From Clostridiaceae bacterium (lineage in GTDB: Bacteria; Bacillota; Clostridia; Oscillospirales; Acutalibacteraceae), in assembly GCA_016290665.1 (NCBI GenBank), contig JAEEUW010000001.1, positions 1 to 55,034 on the forward strand: DNA of 55,034 bases, written 5' to 3'. The position numbers and the translations under genes are program-made. Shown here piece by piece: positions 17,939-27,220 of this stretch (the first letter of the stretch is position 1; every line of letters begins with the position of its first letter). A model generated the notes under the pieces. It was not told the DNA's origin and ran no database searches. It worked only from the letters and a program-made list of their open reading frames with translations.

Positions 17939-20011
17939 TTACAATGCAAGACCCGCCGCGCCGTCTTCCGGCTGGCCGCCGCCCGCAAACAGCGTGACGC
18001 CGCCGTCGGGCTGCGCGCGGCTGCCGTCGGGCAGCACCGCCTGCAGCCAGAAGCGGTCGACCGTCAGGGTGACGGTTTTAGTTTCACCCGGCTGCAAAAA
18101 GACCGACCCGAACGCGCACAGCTGGCAGTTCGGCGTTTTGGTGCGGCTGTCTTTCAGTTTCGCGTAGCATTGCACGACCTCGCGCCCGGCAAGCGCGCCG
18201 GTGTTGGTCACGGAGACGGAGATCGTGACGTCTTGTTCCGTTTGCCCGATCAGCGTCGGCGCGCCAAAGGCAAACGCGGTATAGCTCAGACCGTAGCCGA
18301 AGGGATAGAGCGGCTTTTCGCGCAGATAGCGGTAGGTACGCCCCTCCATGTCGTAGTTTTCCATCGGGGGCAAAGCGTTGTCTTCCCGATAGAACGTGAT
18401 CGGCAGCCGGCCGCTCGGGTTCGTTTTGCCGCAAAGCACGTTGGCAATCGCCAGACCGCCCAGCGCGCCGGGGTACCAGCCGTGGAGCACGGCCTTCGCC
18501 TTGGTTCGCACGGCTTCGCCGAGATCGGCGCAGGAGCCGCACAGCACCACGACCGCCACGTTTTCGCAAACGGCGCAGACCTGTTCGGCCAGCCGCATCT
18601 GACACGCGGGCAGATGCATCGTCTTGCGGTCGCCGCCCTCGGTGAAGGCGTTGTCAAAGCCGAGCTCCTCGCCCTCCACGGTGCGGTCGAGACCGAGGCA
18701 AAGAATTGTCAGGTCCGCCTCTTCGGCGGCGGCAAGGCCTTCGCTGGTCAGATCGGAAAACTCGCTCCAGCGGGAGCCGACGCCGTCGCAGACCGGCGAA
18801 CCGTCGGCCACGGTGACCGCGGCATTCGGGAACGCGCGGCGCACGCCGTCGGCAACGGTGACGTATTCGTCGGCGTGGCCGTTGTAGTTGCCCTCGAGCG
18901 ACAGCTCGTTCATGGCCGTCGGGCCGACCACGGCGATCCGCAGCGGTTGCGTCGGGTCCAGCGGCAAAAAGCCGTTCTTGTTTTCGAGCAAAACGACGGT
19001 CTCTTCGGCGGCGCGCAAGCTCAGCGCCTTGTGCTCTTTGCAGGAGACAACGGCATACGGCACGTCGGAAAACGGGCGCGCCGGTTCAAATTCGCCGAGC
19101 TTGGCGCGGATCGTGAACAGGCGCTCGGCGGCCGCCGTAATTTCTTCGTCGGTGACGAGATCTTCCTCATACGCGTCGATCAGCGCCTCATAGGCGCCGC
19201 CGCAGTTGAGCTCGCAGCCGGCTTTCAGCGCCATGGCCGCCGCTTCGGTCAGCGTGGCGGCACTGTGGTGGCCGTGACAGATATCGGCAATCGCGCCGCA
19301 GTCGGAAACGAAGTAGCCCGCAAAGCCCCATTGTCGGCGCAGAATCTCCATCAGCGCCCCGCTGGCGCAGCAGGGCTCGCCGTTGGTGCGGTTATAGGCG
19401 CCCATCACGCCGGCAACCCCCGCTTCCACCGCCTTTTGAAACGCGGGGAGATAGGTCTCGTGCAGATCCTTCTGCGACACCACGGCGTCAAAGCCGTGGC
19501 GCTTGCGTTCGGGGCCGGAATGCGCCGCAAAATGCTTGGCGCAGGCGGCCGCTTTGAAAAAGGCGCCGTCGCCCTGCAGGCCGGCAATATAGGCGCAGGC
19601 AATCTGCGACGTCAGAAACGGGTCTTCGCCGCAGGTCTCCTGCCCGCGGCCCCAGCGCGGGTCGCGGAAGATGTTGATATTCGGCGCCCAGTAGGTCAGG
19701 CCCTTATAGATGCCGCGGTCGCCGTGCAGGACGCTTTTGTTATATTTGGCGCGGCCCTCTTGCGCAATCGCCGCGGCGACCTCGCCCGTCAGCGCGGGGT
19801 CGAAGCTCGCCGCCATGCCGATCGACTGCGGAAACACGGTTGCAACCCCGGCGCGCGCCACGCCGTGGCACGCCTCGTTCCACCAGTTATAGGCATGAAT
19901 CCCCAACCGTTCGATGGCAGGCGATTCAAACAAAAGCTGCGACATTTTTTCTTCTGCCGTCATCTGCGAGACCAGCCGCCGCGCCGTTTGGCGCGCTTTT
20001 TCCAGTTCCAT
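17939..20011 (-). CDS. GH3 beta-glucosidase/beta-xylosidase-like glycoside hydrolase
   Basis: 690 aa. The N-terminus LFESPAIERLGIHAYNWWNEACHGV is typical of GH3 xylosidase/glucosidase enzymes. Nucleophile region GFAGYFVSDCGA. Confidence 0.88.
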   Translation of the reverse strand: MELEKARQTARRLVSQMTAEEKMSQLLFESPAIERLGIHAYNWWNEACHGVARAGVATVFPQSIGMAASFDPALTGEVAAAIAQEGRAKYNKSVLHGDRGIYKGLTYWAPNINIFRDPRWGRGQETCGEDPFLTSQIACAYIAGLQGDGAFFKAAACAKHFAAHSGPERKRHGFDAVVSQKDLHETYLPAFQKAVEAGVAGVMGAYNRTNGEPCCASGALMEILRRQWGFAGYFVSDCGAIADICHGHHSAATLTEAAAMALKAGCELNCGGAYEALIDAYEEDLVTDEEITAAAERLFTIRAKLGEFEPARPFSDVPYAVVSCKEHKALSLRAAEETVVLLENKNGFLPLDPTQPLRIAVVGPTAMNELSLEGNYNGHADEYVTVADGVRRAFPNAAVTVADGSPVCDGVGSRWSEFSDLTSEGLAAAEEADLTILCLGLDRTVEGEELGFDNAFTEGGDRKTMHLPACQMRLAEQVCAVCENVAVVVLCGSCADLGEAVRTKAKAVLHGWYPGALGGLAIANVLCGKTNPSGRLPITFYREDNALPPMENYDMEGRTYRYLREKPLYPFGYGLSYTAFAFGAPTLIGQTEQDVTISVSVTNTGALAGREVVQCYAKLKDSRTKTPNCQLCAFGSVFLQPGETKTVTLTVDRFWLQAVLPDGSRAQPDGGVTLFAGGGQPEDGAAGLAL

Positions 20012-20044
20012 GAGCGCCTCCTGTGGTTCGGTGTTTCGTCTGCT

Positions 20045-20827
20045 TCAGGCAGACGGAAGCTCAACTTCCACCAGCACGGGGAAATGATCGGACGGATACA
20101 GACCGCCGGGGTACGCGTCGCGCAGCACGCGGTAGGAGCGCACCTGCACGTCGCCCTTCACGAAGCAGTAATCGATGATTGCGGGGGGCTCGTCGTATTT
20201 GTCCGTGACAAACACTTCACAGTGGAAAGTGGCGCCGTCGTCGCTGACCGGCGCAAGCAGCCGCGCATCCCGGAACCCGCCCGCAATCACGGCGCGGTAG
20301 GGCGCGGAATCCGGCGTCACGTTGAAATCGCCGGTGAAGAACGCGGGCAGATCCGGGCAGATCTCCTCCGCCTTTTCGGCAACCAGCTCGGCGCCCTTCT
20401 GCATGGCGACGACGCCTCTGTGATCCAGATGCGTGTTGAAATGCACGAACTGTCTGCCGGCGTCGGTTTCCTGCAGCCTGGCATAGGAGCAGATCCGCAC
20501 ACAGGCGGCGTCCCAGCCCTTCACGCCGGGCACGTCCGGCGTTTCGCTGAGCCAGAAGGAGCCGGCATCCAGCAGCGCAAACTTTTCTTTTTTATAAAAC
20601 ACGGCGGAGAATTCGCCTTCCGTTTTGCCGTCGTTCCGTCCGACGCCGACGTAGGCATAGTCGGGCAGGCCGGCGCAAAGCGCTTTGATCCAGTCATAAT
20701 GCGCCTCCTGCACGCCCAGCGTGTCCGGGTCGGCTTTGCGGATCGTGTCCAGCACCAGCTCCGTGCGGCACGGCCAGTCGCGGCCGTCCTTGCCGCCGCA
20801 AAGCAGATTGAAGCTCATGATTTTCAT
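20045..20827 (-). CDS. Endonuclease/exonuclease/phosphatase (EEP) family protein
   Basis: ORF 20045..20845 trimmed to ATG 20827 (AAGGGAG 8 nt upstream; the upstream ATG forms an ATGA overlap with the GH38 stop). Motifs MSFNLL, LGVQEA and PSDHFPV. Confidence 0.8.
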   Translation of the reverse strand: MKIMSFNLLCGGKDGRDWPCRTELVLDTIRKADPDTLGVQEAHYDWIKALCAGLPDYAYVGVGRNDGKTEGEFSAVFYKKEKFALLDAGSFWLSETPDVPGVKGWDAACVRICSYARLQETDAGRQFVHFNTHLDHRGVVAMQKGAELVAEKAEEICPDLPAFFTGDFNVTPDSAPYRAVIAGGFRDARLLAPVSDDGATFHCEVFVTDKYDEPPAIIDYCFVKGDVQVRSYRVLRDAYPGGLYPSDHFPVLVEVELPSA

Positions 20828-20841
20828 GGCCGTTTCTCCCT

Positions 20842-23800
20842 TCATCTGACAAGTTTGATGGTTTTGATCTCAAACGGGCGGAAGAACAGCGTGAGCTTGC
20901 CGCCGTCCGCCGGCAGTTCTCCCTGCACGTCCTCCAGCAGATTGGTCAGCTGCGCTTTTTTGATCGGCGCCGACAGCGTCAGGTCGGTGCGGGTTTTGCT
21001 GCCCTCGCATTCATACAGGCGCAGCACCACGGCGCCGCTGTCGTCTTCGGCGGGCTTCACCGCCTCCACGATCACGTTCGGCGCGCCGACGGCAGCGAAC
21101 GGCGGAAGGTTTGCCGCCCCCTTTGCGTCGGCAACGGGCACGTTCAGCAGATAGGCGGGCTGCACCACCGTTTCGGCCGAAAAGTCGCCGGCGTGCGGCA
21201 GCAGCGCATAGGTCATTTCATGCAGCCCCCTGTCGCCCGTAAAGTCCGGGTGGGTACCGCCGCGGTGGAGCGACAGACGCAGGTTGCAGTCCAGCACACA
21301 GATGCCGTATTTGCAGTCGTTGAGCACGGCGACGCCGAAGCGCGGCTCGCTGATATCGGTGAAGTTGCGGTTGCAGACTTCGAATTTTGCATATTCCAGA
21401 CTGTTGTTGGCGGTCGTCGGGCGTTCGATGGAGCCGAACTGGATCTCGCTTCTGGCGCGGGTGGCCGCAACGTCCAGATCGAAGCCGACCTTCAGCAGGC
21501 GGTGCGGGCTGTTCCAGTTCACCAGCGTGTGGAAATCGATGCGCGGCGAGTCGGCGTAGCAGACCAGATCCTGCGTCACGGTCGTGCCGTTTTCGATTTC
21601 GAACGTGCTGCGCAGACGGATCTCGACCGCGCCGTCGGTCACAACGCTTCTGCCGCAAAAACCCTGCACGGGCTGCAGCTTCTCGATCACGTCGCGCTCC
21701 ACGTCCCAGTTGTCCCAGGCAAGGGGCACATCTTCGCCGAACAGCAGCACGCCCAGCGGCGCGCCGCCCTTTTTGCGCAGCTCGCGGCCGGAGGCTTTGT
21801 CAAGCAGGGACGCGATGTAGCCGTTTTCGTCAAAGGTCAGCGTGGCGAACGGCGTTTCCAGCCTCGTGCCGTCATAGGAAAACGGCGAGGGCGCGTCCAG
21901 CGGCCGATCGCTCATGCGAAGCACGGCGGAGCCGAAGCCGGGCAGCTTCACGCCGCCGACGGCCAGCTTTTCTTTGCCGCACAGGTCAATATAACGCTGC
22001 GAGGGATAGTCGGCCGCAAAGCCCGCCGCGTTCAGCACGGCGACGTCGCCGCGTGGGAAGGACAGCGTGTTGAACAGCGTCACGCTGTCGCTGCCGTCGG
22101 TCAGCTTTTCGGCGTAGGCGGCCGCCGCGTCGGCGTAGCTTTGCAGCAGGTCGTCCATCTCGGTCCGGTAGACGTCATAGACCGGCTGGATGCAGGTGCC
22201 GGGCAGGATGTCGTGGAACTGGTTTTTGAGCAGCGTCTTCAGCCAGCGGTCGCTGTTTTCGTTGCGCTTTTGGCCGGAAAGAACGTTGAAATATTCCATG
22301 TTGCGCAGAGCGTATTCCGCCTTGCGGTTTTTGCGCTTCACGTCGTGCATCTGGGTCAGCGTGCCGCGGTGCAGCTCCAGATAGAGCTCGTCGTCATAGA
22401 CCGGCAGATCGTCCTTCTGCGCCTCCAGCTCTTTGCCGAAATCGCTGATCGTCATCGATTCGATCTCGGGCAGGCCTTCCGTTTCGGAGGCGCGCAGCGA
22501 GGTTTCGATCATGCCCGGGGTCGGGCCGCCGCCGCCGTCGCCGAAGCCGTAGGCCAGAAGGCGCAGGTCGGAGGCATCCTTGAGCTGCAGGTCGCGCGTG
22601 GCGGCGCTGCAGTCGTTGACGTCGGGCCAGCAGTGGGTGCGGTTGAAGTGGGTGATTACCTCGCTGCCGTCAAGTCCCTTCCAGACGAAGCTTTCATAAG
22701 GGAACCGGTTCAGCTCGTTCCAGCCGATCTTGGTCGTGTAGAAGTATTTGACCTCGCTCTGACGCATAATCTGCGGAATGTTGGCGTTGTAGCCGAAGGT
22801 ATCGGGGAGCCAGAAGCTGTCGGCCGTGTAGCCGAAGTTTTCGCGCGTGAACTGCTGCCCCTTCAGGAACTGGCGCGCCATCAGCTCGCCCGAGGTGATG
22901 TTGCAGTCGCATTCCACGTAAACGCCGCCGTTCGGCTCATAGCGGCCCTCGGCCACACGTTTTTTCATCTCCGCAAAGATGGCGGGATAGTATTCCTTCA
23001 TCCATTCGCCGTGCAGCGCGGAGGACTGAATGAACTTATAGCTCGGATACTGCTCCATCAGGTGCAGCGCGTTGGCGTAGGTGCGCGCACATTTGCGGAT
23101 CGTTTCCGACACGGGCCAGAGCCAGGCGGTGTCCATGTGGCTGTGGCCGATGATGCCCACACGGCCGAACACGCGGCTGTTGCCGCCGCGGAAAAACGGG
23201 CGCGAAATCGCAAGCGCCTTGCGCACGCCCTCGGCCACGGCCGCTTCGGAGGCGTCCTTCGGATAGAGCGGCAGCACGTCGTTGATCTGTCGCAGCGCTT
23301 TTTTGGCGCGGGCGGAAGCAAAGCTGTCCTGCGGCAGCCGGCGCGCGGCGTTCAGCAGCTCGCGCAGGTCGAAGATCAGCGTGAACACTTCTTCGTCACG
23401 GGTGCAGATCTGCACGCCGTCAAAGCTGTGGCGGAAGGTCTGCGACGTGTCCGGCGCAAAATAGTCGTCGTAGGGATCGGTGTTGGGATCGTAATGGCCG
23501 GCGTAGCATTCAAACGCAAGCGCCAGCGTTTCTCCCGCTTTCGGCTTGCCGAGGTACTGCGCCGCATGGTGACCGCCGATAAAGTCGCGGTTTTTTGTGT
23601 TATAGATACCCTTGGGCACGCTGTTCAGGAAGAACAGCTGCTCATTGCCGCCGCAGGCCGACACCGCATAGAGCGCTTTGCCGTCCAGCGCGTCGGGCAC
23701 CGTGAACGTGCCCCTGAGCCACATGTTGTTCCATTCGCCGCCCCAGGACGTGCCGGGCGCAATCGGGGCAAAGCCGGCTTCCGGCACCGCGCGCAGGTGC

Positions 23801-23931
23801 TCTTCGGTGAACAGCGCCTGCGGGTTCTGCAGCTCGCCGACCTTCCGATACACCAGTTGTTCATAGATCTTCAGCGCGTGGCCGAGCTTTTCATAGATGC
23901 GATTGTTCAGGTTCTCGTTATACATAATCAC
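20842..23931 (-). CDS. GH38 alpha-mannosidase
   Basis: 1029 aa with the GH38 signature IIGHSHMDTAWLWP. Size and domain order match cytosolic bacterial GH38 enzymes. Start is GTG 23931 or ATG 23925. Confidence 0.9.
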   Translation of the reverse strand: MIMYNENLNNRIYEKLGHALKIYEQLVYRKVGELQNPQALFTEEHLRAVPEAGFAPIAPGTSWGGEWNNMWLRGTFTVPDALDGKALYAVSACGGNEQLFFLNSVPKGIYNTKNRDFIGGHHAAQYLGKPKAGETLALAFECYAGHYDPNTDPYDDYFAPDTSQTFRHSFDGVQICTRDEEVFTLIFDLRELLNAARRLPQDSFASARAKKALRQINDVLPLYPKDASEAAVAEGVRKALAISRPFFRGGNSRVFGRVGIIGHSHMDTAWLWPVSETIRKCARTYANALHLMEQYPSYKFIQSSALHGEWMKEYYPAIFAEMKKRVAEGRYEPNGGVYVECDCNITSGELMARQFLKGQQFTRENFGYTADSFWLPDTFGYNANIPQIMRQSEVKYFYTTKIGWNELNRFPYESFVWKGLDGSEVITHFNRTHCWPDVNDCSAATRDLQLKDASDLRLLAYGFGDGGGGPTPGMIETSLRASETEGLPEIESMTISDFGKELEAQKDDLPVYDDELYLELHRGTLTQMHDVKRKNRKAEYALRNMEYFNVLSGQKRNENSDRWLKTLLKNQFHDILPGTCIQPVYDVYRTEMDDLLQSYADAAAAYAEKLTDGSDSVTLFNTLSFPRGDVAVLNAAGFAADYPSQRYIDLCGKEKLAVGGVKLPGFGSAVLRMSDRPLDAPSPFSYDGTRLETPFATLTFDENGYIASLLDKASGRELRKKGGAPLGVLLFGEDVPLAWDNWDVERDVIEKLQPVQGFCGRSVVTDGAVEIRLRSTFEIENGTTVTQDLVCYADSPRIDFHTLVNWNSPHRLLKVGFDLDVAATRARSEIQFGSIERPTTANNSLEYAKFEVCNRNFTDISEPRFGVAVLNDCKYGICVLDCNLRLSLHRGGTHPDFTGDRGLHEMTYALLPHAGDFSAETVVQPAYLLNVPVADAKGAANLPPFAAVGAPNVIVEAVKPAEDDSGAVVLRLYECEGSKTRTDLTLSAPIKKAQLTNLLEDVQGELPADGGKLTLFFRPFEIKTIKLVR

Positions 23932-23941
23932 TCGCCCTCCG

Positions 23942-24991
23942 TCAAGCCTTGTTTTCGGGTTGCGGATTCACCACGGTCAGGATGTCCTTGTTCGAAACGA
24001 TGAACGTAATTCGCTCTTCGATGGAGGGACCGCCGTGGCTGCCGCCGATGCCGCCGTGATCGGTGGTGATCAGGATCAGCCAGTCTTCGCTGTCATAGGT
24101 CGGACGTTCCGTGATTGTTTCGATGATGTCGGCGCCGGTCGCCTCCGCGTCGCGGAAGGCGCTGATATATTTCGGATTCCCCAGGCCGAAGCCACTGCCA
24201 TGACCGGCATGATCGGTATATTCCAGCGTGGAGAAGATGAAGTCGGAGCAGTCTTTCTTTCTCAGGTCGGACAGAATGTTGAATTTCGTACCCGGATCAA
24301 AGAGTGCGCGGCGATAGGTCGCGTTGACGCCGTTTTCGCGCGCATAGACCTTTTCGGGATAATAGGTCGCGTCCTTTTTGCTGAAATGACCGTCCCAAGA
24401 AACGTAAAACGCGCTCTTGTCCACCGTGCCGTCTTCCACCAGCGAAAGCAGCAGCGTCTTAGGCTCCACTTCCTTCGGTTGGCCGTTGTTGTTGATGTGA
24501 TGCACATCGGCCCAGGCGCCGGTCAGCATGGAGCACCAGCCGGGCGCGGTCGAGGTGGCCTGGGTGTTTTCCGCGGGGAAGTTGACGCCGCCCGCAAAGC
24601 TGAAGACCGCGTGTCCGCCGTCGGAAAGCAGCATGTTGATGGCGCTCTTCTTTGCCGTTGCGAGCAGACGGAACGTGTCGACCTGACAGCCGTCATAGCC
24701 GATCACGATGGCTTTCTTTTCGGTCTTGCCCTCCGGCAGCGGCGAAGCAAAGTGCGCTTTGATCAGATCATAGACCGCGGTCTGCGGCAGCGCCTCCTGC
24801 CAGGTGTTTTCCAAAACCGGCAGCGTTTCCAACGACTGTTGGTAATCCTCCGCGGCAAGGACGGCGTCGTCGCCTTCCGCGAGCCACTTGCTGGGATGAT
24901 ACGTCAGGTTATACCAGACGTAGCCGCCGATGAGTCCGCCGATGAGCAGAACGACGAGAACGGGAATCAGGATCTTTGCTGCTTTCTTCAT
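23942..24991 (-). CDS. Membrane-anchored alkaline-phosphatase-superfamily phosphodiesterase (ENPP-like)
   Basis: ORF 23942..25006 trimmed to ATG 24991 (GGGAGG 7 nt upstream). N-terminal anchor ILIPVLVVLLIGGLIGG. Motifs VIGYDGCQ, TSTAPGWCSMLTG, YTDHAGHGSG and ITTDHGG. Confidence 0.75.
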   Translation of the reverse strand: MKKAAKILIPVLVVLLIGGLIGGYVWYNLTYHPSKWLAEGDDAVLAAEDYQQSLETLPVLENTWQEALPQTAVYDLIKAHFASPLPEGKTEKKAIVIGYDGCQVDTFRLLATAKKSAINMLLSDGGHAVFSFAGGVNFPAENTQATSTAPGWCSMLTGAWADVHHINNNGQPKEVEPKTLLLSLVEDGTVDKSAFYVSWDGHFSKKDATYYPEKVYARENGVNATYRRALFDPGTKFNILSDLRKKDCSDFIFSTLEYTDHAGHGSGFGLGNPKYISAFRDAEATGADIIETITERPTYDSEDWLILITTDHGGIGGSHGGPSIEERITFIVSNKDILTVVNPQPENKA

Positions 24992-25036
24992 AGTAAAACC
25001 TCCCAAAACCTTTTTATAAAGGTTAGATTTAACTAT

Positions 25037-25073
25037 ATAATATCACGAGGTGTCCAACAAATGTCCAACAAAA
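25037..25073 (-). promoter_or_regulatory. Extended -10 promoter with 23-bp tandem direct-repeat operator (copy 1)
   Basis: Minus strand reads TTTTGTTGGACATTTGTTGGACA (25073->25051), then 8 nt, then TGaTATTAT (25045->25037). It lies 45 nt upstream of ATG 24991. The 23-mer is identical to 33711->33689. Confidence 0.7.
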
Positions 25074-25116
25074 CTTTCGATTCTTTATGAACATTTTGTA
25101 AACTTTCGGGCAAGGC

Positions 25117-25155
25117 ACAAAAAGAGCACCCGCCGGGGCGGGTGCGTTCCTTTTT
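25117..25155. terminator. Bidirectional intrinsic terminator ending the upstream minus-strand transcription unit
   Basis: Hairpin GCACCCGC-CGGG-GCGGGTGC (25126..25145) with an A-run on the left and GTTCCTTTTTG on the right, just downstream of the stop at 25164. Confidence 0.7.
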
Positions 25156-25163
25156 GTCGGTCC

Positions 25164-25646
25164 TCAGTCTTTCACAAAGATCATGTCGACCAGGTTTTCC
25201 TGTTCATACTCGTCCTGCCACATCAGCTGGTTGGCCGATACGAACTGGATGCGGCCGTAGCCGTCTTCATATTCCGTCTTGCTTTCGGTCTCGTTGCCGC
25301 TTTCGTCAAAGACGGTCAGCGTCTTCACGCCGTTCGTGTAGTTCACGCGCCAGGTGTCGGCGTCATACACGCCGGACATCGTCCAGTCGTAGAACTCAAG
25401 CGCGGAGCTGCCCCAGTGGACGGAAATCTTCACTTCGTTGTTCTCGCCGGTCTCCACCGTAATGTTGCAGCGGCCGCAGACATAGTTGCCGGCAATCTCT
25501 TCGAACGTGACAGGCGTCGCTTCGGAGACGGTGTGTTCTTCGCTGTCCGGTTTCCCGGCGGGCGTTTCGGTTTTGCCGCAGGCCGCAAACAGCGCCAGGC
25601 AGAGCACGCAGGCAAGCAGCAAAGAGACGGCTTTTTTCATGTTCAT
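25164..25646 (-). CDS. Small lipoprotein of unknown function
   Basis: ORF 25164..25871 trimmed to ATG 25646 (GGGAGG SD). Signal peptide with lipobox (LALFAAC-GK). Confidence 0.65.
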   Translation of the reverse strand: MNMKKAVSLLLACVLCLALFAACGKTETPAGKPDSEEHTVSEATPVTFEEIAGNYVCGRCNITVETGENNEVKISVHWGSSALEFYDWTMSGVYDADTWRVNYTNGVKTLTVFDESGNETESKTEYEDGYGRIQFVSANQLMWQDEYEQENLVDMIFVKD

Positions 25647-25720
25647 AAGAATACCTCCCAAAGGAATTTGATGTAGAAAGAGCAACAGCTCTTTTTTACG
25701 GTAAGGATGCGGCAAAATGC

Positions 25721-27220
25721 TCAGGAAATCAGAGCGCTGATGATCGCGCCGAGATTGGAGAACAAAAGCGAGAACACGACCAGCAACAGCAGCAGCACCG
25801 CGTGCAGCTTGCGGCTGCGGACCAGCAGACCCACGTATTCGCGGATCTGCGCGTTCGGCCAGAAATACCATTTGGTTTTGCTCGCAATCCCGTCCGCGTG
25901 CAGACCGGCGTCGTTGGCCAGAATGCCGCTGCGGAACACGTGGTAGTTGGTGGTGGAAAAGATTACGCTTGCGTCCGGCTTGCGTTCGTCAATCAGCGCC
26001 TTGGAGCATTTCATGTTCTCCTGCGTGTTGGCAGACTGCGTTTCGGCAAGGACGTCCGTTTCCGGAATCCCCAGCGAAAGCAGATAGCGCCGCACGGCCT
26101 CCCCTTCGGCCATCACCTCGTCGCTCCCCTGCCCGCCGGAGGGCACCAGCACGGGCGCCTTGCCCGTGGCCTCCTTCTGCCGCCGATAGAACGCGGCTGC
26201 CCGGTCTGCGCGGCCCTTGAGAAGCGGATAGAGCGTGCCGTCCTTTCTGATCGCGCAGCCGAGAATCAGCACGTAATCATGCGTCAGGGGCGGCTTGCGC
26301 CGCGCGGCGATCACGCAGCAATACTGCGTTGCAAACAGCATGGCAAGGAAATACAGGAACAGTGCGGAAAACACCGTCCGGACGACCGAGATCCAGAGCG
26401 CGTTCGGCTCAAAGCTCAGCATCTGCGTGTTGACAAAGGCCAGCACAACCGCCGCCAGCACGCCGCCCATCATCAGCGCGGCCAGAATCAGCGCAAGCAG
26501 GTTGGTTCTGCGCAGACCCTCGTGCCGGATCAGCCAGACGTTGCTGACCGCCATGACCACCGAGAGCAGCAGAATGAACGGCAGCGAGAGCATCACCACC
26601 GCAGTCAGGGCATACTGCGCGGCAAAGAACAGAATTCTGCCGAGCGCCTCGCCCGGATTCACCAAACAGAACACCACCAGCCCGAAAAAGACGGCGCCGT
26701 GGAGCAGAAAGAACAGACTCAGGCCGAAATTCAGCACGGTATCGTAGGAAAAGAAGGTTTCGCGCTTTCTGCGCCGATACATCAAAAACAGATAGACGCC
26801 CGCAAACAGAAAGAATGCCGCCAAAGCGCCGCACAGGATATAGAACCCATTGAAATCCAGATCGGCCGGTTCCAGTATCGTGCCGAACCGGGTCACGTAA
26901 AGGAAGGAATAATGCCTGTCTTTGAGTGTGCCGTAATCTTCGCTTGTGTGCGGAAACACAGCTGCCACTTCGGTTCCGCCGGGCTGCTTTGCCCGAAAGG
27001 TGACGGCCCAGACCTCGTCCTTCTTTTCCACCGAGATCATTTCCACAACATCGGGATTCCCGATTTCGGCCGTCACGTTCTGATAGCCGTCCTTGCTCTC
27101 GGGCATATAGATGCTGTAGGTCCGCGCGGAGAACAGCAGCAGCACAAATGTGACGGCGCCGATACAGACGCCCGCAAGGGCGATCACAAGCAGATTCTTT
27201 TTCAGGTCTGTTCGCTTCAT
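25721..27220 (-). CDS. Polytopic membrane protein with C-terminal DUF218 (YdcF/ElyC-like) domain
   Basis: 499 aa with multiple hydrophobic helices. The DUF218 pattern follows (LILGCAIRKDG...VPSGGQG...TQSANTQENM...STTNYHVFRS). Confidence 0.75.
   Translation of the reverse strand: MKRTDLKKNLLVIALAGVCIGAVTFVLLLFSARTYSIYMPESKDGYQNVTAEIGNPDVVEMISVEKKDEVWAVTFRAKQPGGTEVAAVFPHTSEDYGTLKDRHYSFLYVTRFGTILEPADLDFNGFYILCGALAAFFLFAGVYLFLMYRRRKRETFFSYDTVLNFGLSLFFLLHGAVFFGLVVFCLVNPGEALGRILFFAAQYALTAVVMLSLPFILLLSVVMAVSNVWLIRHEGLRRTNLLALILAALMMGGVLAAVVLAFVNTQMLSFEPNALWISVVRTVFSALFLYFLAMLFATQYCCVIAARRKPPLTHDYVLILGCAIRKDGTLYPLLKGRADRAAAFYRRQKEATGKAPVLVPSGGQGSDEVMAEGEAVRRYLLSLGIPETDVLAETQSANTQENMKCSKALIDERKPDASVIFSTTNYHVFRSGILANDAGLHADGIASKTKWYFWPNAQIREYVGLLVRSRKLHAVLLLLLVVFSLLFSNLGAIISALIS

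Noticed and set aside
17936-21154. A 1072-aa plus-strand ORF, together with similar giants at 21193..24003(+), 48898..51471(+), 38604..41204(-), 31763..34075(+), 34017..35795(+), 10139..12076(+), 6084..7919(+), 3915..5621(+), 41053..42657(-), 42603..43988(-) and 43475..44509(-)
   Set aside because: All lie antisense to genes with unmistakable family motifs. Their translations are low-complexity and rich in R/A/G/H/Q/V with no recognisable motifs, and they lack SD sequences. These are typical shadow ORFs of GC-rich coding DNA.
25050-25676. 208-aa plus-strand ORF (and 33549..33887) starting inside the tandem repeat element
   Set aside because: The start codon is simply the GTG/ATG contained in the repeat. 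The ORFs run antisense through the lipoprotein gene and the terminator, and they have no SD.
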